This document shows positions 1-11,671 of a stretch of 64,000 nucleotides of DNA, piece after piece. This stretch comes from Octopus bimaculoides. Its lineage: Eukaryota. A program made the translations under genes and the position numbers. The notes under the pieces are model-generated. The model worked only from the letters and a program-made list of their open reading frames with translations, was not told the origin of the DNA and made no database searches. The DNA lies in the NCBI RefSeq assembly GCF_001194135.2, contig NC_068983.1, positions 23,312,261 through 23,376,260 on the forward strand. Reading direction: 5' to 3'. The first letter of the stretch is position 1, and every line of letters begins with the position of its first letter.

Positions 1-159
1 TATTTTTCCCTCAACTTTTCATCACCTTTGTGGAGTACAAACCTACCAAGGCTCTGCACTAATCACTACACCCGATCTTTCTGTCCTAGAACATCAGTCC
101 TTTGGTATTCCCTCTGTGCTCTTTTATTATGGATGAGCAGCTAGAAGAAAACCTCTCCT

Positions 160-926
160 TCAACCAATTAATATCATGAAAAGAAAGAAATGGGCTAAGG
201 AGATGTCAGAAAAATCCAGTTCATTTTGTATTAGAGTGATTTTCTCAGATGAATCCAGACTTGCATTATTTTCAGACAGTGGACGTGTTTGGGTCTGGAG
301 GTTTCCAATCAAGAATTTGATTTGAAACGACTCCAACCAACTGTGAAACATGGCAGTATCTCTGTAATGGTATGGGGAGCTGTCTCCAGCAATGGTCGTT
401 CTGAGCTGATCGAATGTGTTAGAACCATAAACTCTGAAAAATACATCGAAATACTTAAGCAAGGACTACTTCCGATGTATTCACACGATAATATAATGAA
501 AAATGAGTTTTTATTCATGGAAGATGGGGCTCCATGCCACACAGCGAAAAGGAATCCACAATGGCTGACTGAAAATGGGATCAAAAAGCTTCTTTGGCCA
601 AGCCAATCTCCTGACATGAACCCAATTGAAAATCTTTGGAGCATACAAGATAGAGCTATACGAAAAACTCGATAGAAACCTAAATCTAAAGATGAATTGT
701 TTTGATTGTTGTGCAAAAAGTGGGCAGAAATTCCACACGAGACAATCACAAAGCTCATCAGTTCAATACCAAAAAGAGTTTCTGAATAAAAAACTGCAAA
801 GGGAATGTCAACTAAATACTAAAGTATGTAGTCCTGTCTATCGATTACATTTCAATTGTTTGCTTTGCGTATTAAATAAAAGATTTTGAAAATTAACGGT
901 GTCTATTTACTTCCTGCACGTCTGTG
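160..926 (+). mobile_element. Tc1/mariner transposase remnant (3' half) with probable 3' terminus
   Basis: [18 protein letters not shown] and [15 protein letters not shown] motifs. Frameshift near 300 and stop at 673-675. Confidence 0.92.
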
Positions 927-1594
927 TATATATGTATATATATATATATGTATAAGTATATATTTATCTATATCTACCATCTATCTATTACTATATACAT
1001 ACATGTATATATACACACACATACACACACACACACATACACATTTGTACACACACACACACACACATGTGCACAAAACTCTCAGCCTTTGATTCCTTCT
1101 GTATCTTCTGCCAATTATTAATAATGCATATGTATGTATGCATGTGTATGTGTGTGTACATATGTCTGTCTATCTGTATGTATGTATGTGTGTATCTATG
1201 TACGCATACATACATGCATTTATGTGTGCATGCATGTAGCTGTGTATGTATTGTTGTTGTAGCTTTGTTACAGTTATAAACTTCACACCCTACTGCAAAT
1301 GCTGGCCTTTGTCACAAACATTCAGTCATAAATATTTTATTCTTTGCGTTGTTTGTTTATACCATGTAATTTGTTGTAATTTTGTAGTCAAATAAATGAA
1401 TTGGAAAAAAAAAAACAAAAACAAAACTGAATTAAATTGTCACTGTGGTTTTGTGCAAGTAAAAAAAAAAAAAAAAAAAAATCCACCCCAAAATCAGCAC
1501 ATGTGTAATCTGAAGCTCGAAGCATAAACTAAGTCGTTTACTTGCCACATCTTTATAATTAATCAAACCTAATTAATGAACTCTCATTACTTAC

Positions 1595-1692
1595 CTTTTG
1601 ATCACTGTTACAGATTGCAACACGTAGATTTACATTAGTCTCACTATCCACAATGTTTTTGATGTCACAAGCTGTGTATAATCCAATTGGAG
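1595..1692 (-). CDS. TRPA1: TRPA1-like exon (APIGLYTACDIKNIVDSETNVNLRVAICNSDQK); gene continues beyond position 1
   Basis: ttatccttttgcag| and AAG|gtaagt, 98 nt, phase 1-0. Positionally matches TRPA1 ...DSEGNVPLHSAVHGGD. Confidence 0.85.
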
Positions 1693-2823
1693 CTGCAAAA
1701 GGATAAAACAACTATGTAAGTGTCATTAAGTGTAATTATTCAAATCTATGTAACTTTAAACTAAGACAGCATCTGAAGGCCAAGTGGTTAGCTGAAAGTT
1801 TGGCGGTTCATTTATACTTTGTCAATGTCATTGTCTTGTATCCATGACCAAAGTAATTAACTGTCAAATGATCCAGTTCACTATACTGAAAATAGGTACA
1901 GCTGGCTAGAAACTATTTGTTGCTTTGAGAAATAGCAATAAATTAACAAAGTCTAGAATTGCTAAATAGTACATTAGCTTACAGAGATAAGTTTTATTCT
2001 TCCAGCAGACAATGCTTTGAGAGGGATAGCTTAAAATACTTTAAATGAAAGTAAAGTTTGTAATATACTCCAACTAACCTATGGATTATAGTGGACGTTC
2101 CACTTTAAGCTGTACGAATATACACATGAAAGATTGTACTAAAAGCAAACAAAATATTAGTTAAGCAATCCGAGAGGAATTATGCATTTAAGTGATATTC
2201 CACCAGCTCTCTGCCCTCCCTATTTAATCATTATTCAACACCACTGCCACTGCCATCACCACAGCCACCACCACCACCACTGTCACCATCATCACCAACA
2301 TTATCATTTAACATGTTTTCTATGCTGGCATGGGTTGTATAGTTTGACAGGATTCAGTGAGCGACAGAGCTCTGTCAAATTCCAATGTTAGCCGAAGCTA
2401 ACATTGGCATGGTTTCTACAATTGGATGCCCTTCCTAATGCCAAATATATAAAATAGAATTAAAGACTGAATGTCAATGAGAGTTTCTTGTCTTGAGTAT
2501 CAAATAAGTGATGATACAGAAATCATCAGGCTTCATATAATACTGCAATGAGTAAAGAACTGTACTGTCTTGACATTATCTTTTATCTTTTACATGTTTC
2601 AATCACTGGAATGCAGCCATGCTGGGGCACCACCTTCAAGAGTTTAGTTGAACAAATCAACTTACTTCTTAATCACATGACCATGTCTATTCCTCTAGTC
2701 ACATAAAATAAGCCCTGATGGAAATCTGATGGAATTGATGGAATTAGTTTTACTCTTCACCTACAAAAATTAATTGTACACTTGATCAAAAGAAATCCAT
2801 GCATTTCTTCTGTTGTCTTGTTT

Positions 2824-2992
2824 GTGGTGCCACATAAAAGCACCCAGCACACTCTGTAAAGTGGTTGGTGTTAGGAAGGGCATTCAGCCGTAGAAACTTT
2901 GCCAAATCAGATTGGAGTCTGGTGCAGCTCCCCAGCTCTGGTTAAACCATCCAACATATGCCAGCATGGACAACTGTTGTTAAATGATGATA

Positions 2993-3025
<33 letters not shown>
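2824..3025 (+). mobile_element. RTE-type 3' tail ending in (GAT)n
   Basis: Same 3' sequence as the RTE copies at 9978-10717 and 16748-17795. Confidence 0.75.
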
Positions 3026-3865
3026 GTTAGTCATGGAGGAAAGGGCAATATTTACGACCCTTTATTTTTCAGAGTCCCCATGACTGGTGGTAGGAAGTTT
3101 TCCTCAAAACCAGAAATCTGACTTGAATGCTTGCAACAAGGCGAGCTCCATTAAAGGCACCCAAAGATCAGTTAGTGCTGTTGAACCAAATGATGGATTA
3201 CATTAGGTACGATGATGGATACATAATGCCATATACCATATAAATTACAGGATATGTATTGTATTATATTGCTTAGTTATTTCTTTCAAAGGATTCTGAG
3301 TTCAAATTCTGCCAAGGTCATCTTTGCTTTTCATTCTTTTGGGATCAATGAAATAAGTACCAGTTGAGCACTGGGGTCAATCTCTCCTCAAAATTTCAAA
3401 CCCTGTGCCTATAGTAGAAAGGATTAATTCTTTCAAAAGTAATAATACACAAGGTCACTGCTTCTCACAGGAAATCCTTGACCATTACGGTTCAGGCCAT
3501 CATCTGCCCTTAATGAATTGGATAATAATTTGTTTGCTTTTTTTTATGAACCAATGTTTAGTGATTACTGATATTTTGATTGGTTAGTCAAGAGGTCCCT
3601 TTACTACTGTCTCTGCCAAGTTAAAATACACTTAGTTTGTTCTGTATAGAGGTTAGTGATAGGAAAGGCATCCAACTATAGAAACCAAGTCAAAAATGAA
3701 ACATATAAGCACCAGTCTATGAAGGTAGTGGCTGCCAGTGGGAACTGGCTCATACAGTGATGATTTTTCCAACCTATGCCAGCATGGAAAGCAGATGTGA
3801 AACAGATGATGAGGAAAGGTGATTAATTATCATAAAAAGAAAAAGAACAAGCAAAACTCTTTTAC

Positions 3866-3974
3866 CGTTCTTTTTCAAGTACTCTAAAGTATTATTGGCT
3901 GATTGTTGTGCGGCAAGTTGCATTGGGGTAACATCGTTATCATTGGCAATGGAGAAATCTCCTCCACTCTGAAA
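3866..3974 (-). CDS. TRPA1: TRPA1-like exon, ankyrin repeat (FQSGGDFSIANDNDVTPMQLAAQQSANNTLEYLKKN)
   Basis: tttctttctcag| acceptor (alternative AG 6 nt downstream), donor G|gtaaaa, 109 nt, phase 0-1. Confidence 0.88.
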
Positions 3975-5260
3975 CTGAGAAAGAAAATAAATAAATAAGT
4001 AAAAATAACATTCTATTTTTTAATGTGTGTTAAGAAAAAGGATTGAAAATATTTCATTTTCTATTTGCTTCTTATATCAATTTTCCTATGTCAGCACAGT
4101 GAAATGCTTTATGTTCAGTTTAAAGAGATTCTAAGTCAATATGACATTTTTGGTATTGTTCAGCCCCAGGTCAGTCATGAAGAGGCAGAACTATGACTGA
4201 AAATGTTCTAGCTGTGATCAGGCTGTGGTTTGTGTTTTTATTGTTTTTTTAAAAATTTTTAACTAAATTTCAAACTACATCATCCAGCATGTCCTCTTTC
4301 TAAAGGTGTGATGGTGTAATTTCTGGAGATTTAACTGCTATGTCTAGACAGTAGATTGACCACCTCATTGAATCAATGTCATTCATGTTTAACTCCAAGT
4401 CAGCTCTGATTGAGTAAACCTATAATAAAGATAAACATTCAAGGTATGATCCCCAATCATTTAATCTAATATTTTTTGGGGTGCAGTGTATCTAGAACAA
4501 CATTATCTAATATTTTTTCCTTCTTTTTTTTTTTATATGGTATGTTAATATTTGAGAGTGGTTTAAGGTAGTGAGCTGGTAGAATTGTTAGCATGCCAGG
4601 CAAAATACTTAGTGGCATTTTGTTCTGTTGAGGTCAACTTTGCTTACCATCCTTTCAGGGTTGACAAAATAAGTACAATTGAGCACTGGGGTTGATATAA
4701 TTTCAGGCCTTGCGCCAAAATTTTAGACCTTGCACCAAAATTTGAAATCAATATGTGAGTGTGATTTAGCTGTTATATCTAGCAGGGGAATGAACAACCA
4801 CATTGAAGCTTCTTTGATCTGTTGGCTGAAGGCTTGTCAGTTCATTTCATAGCTATAACTAACAGTATCTATAGCTTTACCATAGTAACACTGTAAACAT
4901 AGCTAAGAGGACATTTCTTGACCTAATTACCTTAGCTTGGTATATCAAATATTAATAAAGCAATTAATTACAGTCACAGTTGGATGCTCTTCCTACTTTT
5001 TATACTAAATGACTCAACCGTGAGGTATAAATATTGACTGCTGTTTTCTGACAGACCAAGCTAAACATACTTTGTGTTGTTTTTTTATCCCTTAACTTTT
5101 TTGTTGCCAATTTTTAAAAAAAATACATTGAATATGTTTAAATTAGTATTGAAAATAATGAAAAATTTACTAAAATAACTTTGTCATTTGTCATTAATCT
5201 GGTGTTTGGAACATAGCATGAAATTTTGATGGAAGGTTTAAATGTAGATCACTTTAATAG

Positions 5261-5581
5261 TGGTGTGTTTATGTGCCCGTAACCTAGCAGTTTGGCAAAA
5301 GAGACCGATAGAATAAGTACTAGGCTTACAAAGAATAAGTCCTGGGGTCGATTTGGTCGACTAAAGGCGGTGCTCCAGCGTGGCCACAGTCAAATGACTG
5401 AAACAAGTAAAATAGTAAAAGAGTACAACTTCTTCAAGCTGCTGTTGTAGCACACAGATTATTTGCAAGTTATTCATTTTGTAGGGGGTTAAGTTCATCT
5501 GCGAGTGACTGTTAGAAGATAGATGGAAGAAAGAAAGAATAAGAGTGGGGGACAAACACAGACACACAAACATATACACAC

Positions 5582-5656
<75 letters not shown>

Positions 5657-5797
5657 GCTTCTTTCAGTTTCCGTCTACCAAATCCACTCACAAGGCTTTG
5701 GTCGGCCCAAGGCTATAGCAGAAGGCACTTGCCCAAGGACTGAACCCGGAACCATGTGGTTCGTAAGCAAGCTACTTACCACACAGCCACTTCTATG
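5261..5797. mobile_element. tRNA-derived SINE split by a local inversion (3' half +, 5' half -)
   Basis: Both halves match the intact copy at 6835-7253 but in opposite orientations. Confidence 0.85.
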
Positions 5798-6339
5798 CCT
5801 GCAACAGCAGCAGCTTGAAGGAGTTGTAACTTACATTGTAATGATAAAATAAAGGCCATATCAACTAAGAGTTTTCTTCCTATCATTTATATGATACATA
5901 TCTTTGTTACAATAGTTATATGCTTTGCCCATTTGTATATAGGTACAGGATGGGGGAATTTTCCTCCATCTAATACAAAGAAGGACACAAACTATTTTGC
6001 TTACAAGCATAACATGGAGGTTGTTAAACTCAGACCAGATCTCTTGATTGCGGGTTGTGCATAGAGTCCCTAGCCAAGTGATGTTGAAAAGATTTTTCGC
6101 TGAGAATACGTCAACAGAAAGCAAAACAATCTCTGAGTGCATTGAGCAAAAAAGAAGCTTTTTGCCTCAACAACTTATGATGTCCTTGAACTCCAATCAC
6201 TTCTTGGGGAAGCTAGAGCCAATGCATAGAGGATAAATTGAAGGAAGGACTGGACAATAAACAAAGGACTGGACAGTAAATTGAAAGAGGACTTGGAAAG
6301 CATGTGTTGATGGCCTCTACTCAACAGGGACATGTAGAA

Positions 6340-6648
6340 GAAGAAGAAGAAGTAGTGTCTTTGTTGTTATCGTTGGTGATGATGATGATGATACTGCTGC
6401 TGTTGACGACAGCAATAATATTGATGGCAACAATGAAGGCTGTGACAATGACAATGATGACGGTGATGAGGATTACAATGACAATAATAAGGAGGAAGAG
6501 GAGGCAGAGGAGGATGCTGATGAGGATGATGGTGATGATGATGATGGGGAGAAGAAGGAGGAGAATGATGATGAGGATGACAACAACGACAACAACAGTG
6601 ATGAATATGACAACAATGATGATGATAATGCTGATGATGGTGATTATT
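6340..6648. repeat. Compound trinucleotide microsatellite (GAT/GAA/GAG/ACA)
   Basis: Visible directly; explains ORFs 6304-6651 and 6367-6687. Confidence 0.9.
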
Positions 6649-6680
6649 TAAGAAATGAAAGCAAAAAAAACATTTCTTAC

Positions 6681-6785
6681 CAGACAAATTACAGCAGCTA
6701 AATGATCTTTGTTTACTGAATAATGTAAAGCAGTCCAGCTTCGATGACCTTTCAAATTGGGGTCAACATCATATTCCAGTAATGT
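6681..6785 (-). CDS. TRPA1: TRPA1-like exon, ankyrin repeat (TLLEYDVDPNLKGHRSWTALHYSVNKDHLAAVICL)
   Basis: ttctctttcttcag| and CTG|gtaaga, 105 nt, phase 0-0. Confidence 0.9.
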
Positions 6786-6834
6786 CTGAAGAAAGAGAAA
6801 ACAATTGATTTGAGAGAATTAATGTAAAAGTATT

Positions 6835-6997
6835 CGCAGGAGTTGCTGTGTGGTAAGTAGCTTGCTTACCAACCACATGGTTCTGGGTTCAGTCCCACTG
6901 TGTGGCACCTAGGGCAAGTGTCTTCTACTATAGCCTCGGGCCGACCAAAGCCTTGTGAGTGGATTTGGTAGAAGGAAACTGAAAGAAGCCCGTCGTA

Positions 6998-7044
<47 letters not shown>

Positions 7045-7253
7045 TTGTGTTTGTCCCCCCAACATCGCTTGACAACCGATGCTGGTGTGTTTATGTCCCT
7101 GTAACTTAGTGGTTCGGCAAAAGAGACCGATAGAATAAGTACTAGGCTTACAAAGAATAAGTCCTGGGGTCGATTTGTTCGACTAAAGGCGGTGCTCCAG
7201 CATGGCCACAGTCAAATGACTGAAACAAGTAAAAGAGTAAAGAGTAAAGAGTA
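6835..7253 (+). mobile_element. ~410-bp tRNA-derived SINE with internal (TA)n(TG)n and a (GTAAAAGA)n tail
   Basis: A-box-like TGCTGTGTGG, B-box-like GGTTCAGTCCC; many copies in the window. Confidence 0.88.
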
Positions 7254-7382
7254 TTACTCTCAGAGGTAACTTTACATCTATATCTTACATTTTTAGCCTT
7301 ACACTTATTTTTCACTTAACACGATTCCCATTTAGAACAATTGCAAAGATACTTTCTCTCAGATTTAGTTTTATAAGAATTG

Positions 7383-7487
7383 GATAGCTCTTTCTCGATT
7401 CGGTGGGTGGTGGTGCATGGCTGTTCTTAATTGGTGGAGTGATCCGTCTGGTTGATTCCGATAACGAACGAGACTCCAGCCTGCCAA
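7383..7487 (+). pseudogene. 18S rRNA fragment (~105 nt)
   Basis: GATAGCTCTTTCTCGATTCGGTGGGTGGTGGTGCATGG...GATAACGAACGAGACTC matches the conserved eukaryotic SSU rRNA segment at roughly 90% to the vertebrate sequence as remembered. No further rDNA on either side. Confidence 0.95.
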
Positions 7488-7504
7488 TCACGTCGAGGTC
7501 ACCA
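7487..7504 (-). other. tRNA-Trp primer-binding site (TGGTGACCTCGACGTGAT)
   Basis: The plus strand ATCACGTCGAGGTCACCA equals the last 18 nt, including CCA, of metazoan tRNA-Trp (human ...ATCACGTCGGGGTCACCA). The one difference makes a perfect pair with the 5' GACCTCG acceptor strand. Confidence 0.85.
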
Positions 7505-7764
7505 GTTATAAGAATTGGATGAGATATGATGGCTCGGCCATCTCTCCCCAGTTCTTATATTAATCATTAAAATCCAGAAATACAACAACACGAGGGATAA
7601 CGGTAACAACAGATCAATAATTTATTCTAGGTTGGTGTAGAGCCGTTTTGTTCCTGGGTGAACAGGCATGCTGCTAGAATACCAAGGAAGCTTCGACCAC
7701 ATGTCGGTATCGAGTTGAGAGAGCACTGGAAGATACGTGTTGTCACGACCGCTGCTAGATAGAG
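7505..7764 (-). mobile_element. LTR fragment, probably Gypsy-type, running into the N gap
   Basis: Minus strand has AATAAA (7621-7626), then ...CTTATAAC directly abutting the TGG PBS. The other end is hidden in gap 7765-8327. Confidence 0.7.
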
Positions 7765-8327
7765 NNNNNNNNNNNNNNNNNNNNNNNNNNNNNNNNNNNN
7801 NNNNNNNNNNNNNNNNNNNNNNNNNNNNNNNNNNNNNNNNNNNNNNNNNNNNNNNNNNNNNNNNNNNNNNNNNNNNNNNNNNNNNNNNNNNNNNNNNNNN
7901 NNNNNNNNNNNNNNNNNNNNNNNNNNNNNNNNNNNNNNNNNNNNNNNNNNNNNNNNNNNNNNNNNNNNNNNNNNNNNNNNNNNNNNNNNNNNNNNNNNNN
8001 NNNNNNNNNNNNNNNNNNNNNNNNNNNNNNNNNNNNNNNNNNNNNNNNNNNNNNNNNNNNNNNNNNNNNNNNNNNNNNNNNNNNNNNNNNNNNNNNNNNN
8101 NNNNNNNNNNNNNNNNNNNNNNNNNNNNNNNNNNNNNNNNNNNNNNNNNNNNNNNNNNNNNNNNNNNNNNNNNNNNNNNNNNNNNNNNNNNNNNNNNNNN
8201 NNNNNNNNNNNNNNNNNNNNNNNNNNNNNNNNNNNNNNNNNNNNNNNNNNNNNNNNNNNNNNNNNNNNNNNNNNNNNNNNNNNNNNNNNNNNNNNNNNNN
8301 NNNNNNNNNNNNNNNNNNNNNNNNNNC

Positions 8328-8711
8328 AATCATTTTGACTGTGGCCATGCTGGAGCACCGCCTTTAGTCAAGAAAATCGACCCCAGGACTTATTCTTTGT
8401 AAGCCTAGTACTTATTCTATCAGTCTCTTTTTGCCAAACCACTAAGTTATGGGGACATAAACACACCAACATCAGTTGTCAAGCAATGGTGGGGGGACAA
8501 ACACAGACACACAAACACACATACATACACATATATATATATATATATATACGTATATACGATGGGCTTCTTTCAGTTTCCGTCTACCAAATCCACTCAC
8601 AAGGCTTTGGTCGGCCCGAGGCTATAGTAGAAGACACTAGCCCAAGGTGCCACGCAGTGGGACTGAACCCGGAACCATGTGGTTGGTAAGCAAGCTACTT
8701 ACCACACAGCC
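8328..8711 (-). mobile_element. Same ~410-bp SINE family
   Basis: Reverse complement of 6835-7253. Confidence 0.88.
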
Positions 8712-9977
8712 GCATCTGTGTATATCTTTGAATTTGTGTTTGTCTCTCAACACTACAGGACAATGAGTGTTGGTTTGTTTACATCCTGTAACTTAGCAGT
8801 CCAGGAAAAGAGACCAACAGAATAAATACTAGACTTAAACTAAGTGTTGGGGTTCATTTAGTTTGACTGAATCCTTCAAAGTGGTACCCTAGCAAGGATA
8901 AAAGATATTTCACATCACATAAGAAAATTGTTAAATAAAATGTCTTTTATTGTTCTTTTATTTTAAGTAATTTTACTTTATAACAATATATAGTAAATAT
9001 TTTTTACCGTTTCACAACCAAATTACCATGATAATATGGTTTTAATGCGCATTGAATCCAACTACACATTTTCTGGTATACATTAATAAGTGTAGTCTGA
9101 ATACTGAAAGCGTAAGATGTATTTGATAAAATACAACTTTGAAGTTTAACATTCACCTTACCATGTTTCAATGCTAGCAGTGCACCCCTAGTGATTTCAC
9201 ATATTGCATTGCAACTTAAGTTAAGCTACTTTCTCTAACTGTCTCAGAAAATTTTTTCATCTGTGTGGGAATTTAACTAATGTCTTTTGCAGAGATGGTT
9301 TTGTCAAAGATTTGAGAAAAAGGCATCAGTATCCCTGTGACCTATTTAAACTTTGGAGAAAATTGAAGTAAAACTGAGAAAGGGGTTCAGAAAGTTAGGA
9401 GTTTTTTTTGCTCTGTGACCATAAATCTACTGAATTACACTGCCTATATGTTTTTATTAATTATGAAGAAAGATAAAACATCAAGGATTTTAAAGGATTT
9501 ATAAGATAACTTAGATACATTGTTAAGTTGATGTTTATAGTATGACTAGACAAAAGTGCTTACATAAAACTATGATGGAAGATTTTAATTAAAATATAAG
9601 CATTTTTAAAACAAGTAGATCTGTAATGCAAAACCAGAGGTGGTTCCATTTGAATTGGTACCAAAAGAATTGAATATCATTAATTTTGAAACACATTTTA
9701 TAATTTGAATTTTGCTTATTTACTTAAATTTCTTATGTTATTTCATTAGCAAATAAGATGGCAAGCTGGCTTAATCATTAGCATGCCTGAGAAAATGCTT
9801 AGTAGCATTTCGTCTGTCTTCGTGTTCTGAGTTCAAATGCCACTGGGGCAGACTTTGCCTTTCATCCTCCTGGGTCGATAAAATAAGTACCAGTTGTAGA
9901 CTGGAGTTGATTTAATCGACATAACTCCACTCCAAAACTACTGGCTTTGTGCCAAAATTTGAAAACATTGAGGGGAC

Positions 9978-10717
9978 CTGTGAAAGAGGTAGATCCAGGA
10001 AGACCTTGGATAAGGTGGTGAAGCACAACCTTCGGACATTAGGCCTCACCGAGGCAATGATTAGTGACTGAGACCTTTGGAAATATGCTGTGCTTGAGAA
10101 GACCTGGCGAGCCAAGTGAGACCATAACCTGTGGCCTATGCCAGGGGTGTAACCAGCCCACTTATGCGTACCTTTCCTTCATTGGACACTAAACTCTGCT
10201 TGTGAAGACCTGTTGAGACAAGTGAAATCAGAATTGAAATTAAATTCGATGACTGGCATCCGTGCTAGTGGAGTGCTAAGAGCACCATTTGAGTGTGATC
10301 ATTGCCAGGGCCGCTGACTGGCTCCCATGCCGGTGGTACGTAAAAAGCACCCTCCGAAAGTGATCGTTACCAGTGTCACCTTACTGGCACCAGTGCTGGT
10401 GGCACGCGAAAAAATATTCAAGCGAGGTCGTTGTCAGTGCTGCTGGACTGGCTCCTGTGCAAGTGATACGTAAAAATTACCATTTCAGCATGGCCGTTGC
10501 CAGTACCGCCTGACTGGCCCTCGTGCCAGTGGCACATAAAAAGCACCCACTACACTCTCAGAGTGGTTGGCGTTAGGAAGGGCATCCAGCTGTAGAAACT
10601 CTACCAGATCACATTGGAGCTTGGTGCAGCCATCTGGTTCGCCAGTCCTCAGTCAAATCGTCCAACCCATGCCAGCATGGAAAGTGGACGTTAAACGATG
10701 ATGATGATGATGATGAT
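9978..10717 (+). mobile_element. 5'-truncated RTE LINE (ORF C-terminus, 3' UTR with short internal repeats, (GAT)n tail)
   Basis: Translates CERGRSRKTLDKVVKHNLRTLGL...WKYAVLEKT, a typical RTE/BovB-like C-terminus. Confidence 0.88.
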
Positions 10718-11063
10718 AAGTTTATATACTTATATATATGTAGATGTGTGGATGTCTCCTTATCTTGTCATTGAATGAAAATTGTAAATGAATGTCATTG
10801 TCAGACAAGCAGAACAATTCATGTCCAATATTTCGTGAAAACATTTATGGTATTGGAGAAATATTATCTTGCTTAGAAACAGGTGAGGGCTGGCAACAGG
10901 AAGGGCATCCAGCTGTAGGAAAATCTGCTTCATGTTTAACCCATGCAAGCATGGAAAAATGGGCATTAAGACAATAATAATTATCAAAAATTAAATTTGT
11001 CAGAATGATGTAGACGCCTCTGATGAGAACCCAATAAGGTTCAAAAATTAATTAAGGTTGTTA

Positions 11064-11234
11064 GGCGCAGGAGTGGCTGTGTGGTAAGTAACTTGCTTAC
11101 CAACCACATGGTTCCAGGTTCAGTTCCACTGCGTGGCACCCTGGGCAAGTGTCTTCTACTATAGCCTTGGGCCGACCAAAACCTTGTGAGTGGATTTGGT
11201 AAACGGAAACTGAAAGAACCCCGTCGTATATATG

Positions 11235-11273
<39 letters not shown>

Positions 11274-11476
11274 TTGTGTGTTGGTGTTTGTTCCCCCAAC
11301 ATCGCTTGACAACCAATGCTGGTGTATTTATGTCCCTGTAACTTAGCCGTTCGGCAAAAGAGACCAATAGAATAAGTACTAGGCTTACAAAGAATAAGTC
11401 CTGGGGTCGATTTGCTAGACTAAAGGCGGTGCTCCAGCATGGCCACAGTCAAATGACTGAGACAAGTAAAAGAGTA
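11064..11476 (+). mobile_element. Same ~410-bp SINE family
   Basis: Full-length match to 6835-7253. Confidence 0.9.
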
Positions 11477-11495
11477 CTGAAATTGCAAAACTTAC

Positions 11496-11671
11496 CTGCA
11501 AGATATTAATTGCTTTCATGTCAGCAGCTATATGAAGTGGTGCCATATGACAATTGTTTAAGATTGTTGTATCAGCACTGTGACAAAGCAAGAAATCAAC
11601 ACCGAGATTTTGTCTCATCTTCACTGCAATGTGAAGTGCTGTATCGCCATTATTTTCTTGTTTATTGATAT
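11496..11671 (-). CDS. TRPA1: TRPA1-like exon, ankyrin repeats (DINKQENNGDTALHIAV...NNCHMAPLHIAADMKAINILQ)
   Basis: tttatacag| and CAG|gtaagt, 176 nt, phase 1-0. MAPLHIA motif as in vertebrate TRPA1 NFNMMAPLHIA. Confidence 0.92.

Noticed and set aside
886-1279. Multiple His/Thr/Tyr/Val/Cys-rich ORFs (also 59726-60391 and the SINE-internal ORFs)
   Set aside because: Translations of (CA)n/(TA)n microsatellites and SINEs.
6304-6687. Poly-Met and poly-His ORFs
   Set aside because: Trinucleotide microsatellite in a TRPA1 intron.
7383-7504. Functional rRNA or tRNA gene
   Set aside because: Only fragments. The encoded CCA indicates a copy of mature tRNA or a PBS, not a gene.
7371-7520. Simple LINE-mediated rRNA pseudogene with a 15-bp TSD
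   Set aside because: Not excluded, but it does not explain an exact 18-nt tRNA 3' end abutting an LTR-like terminus. Kept as the alternative in the finding.
9000-9345. Two possible AG...GT-bounded segments in a TRPA1 intron
   Set aside because: Stops or no ankyrin similarity, and the flanking exons already join without a gap in the alignment.
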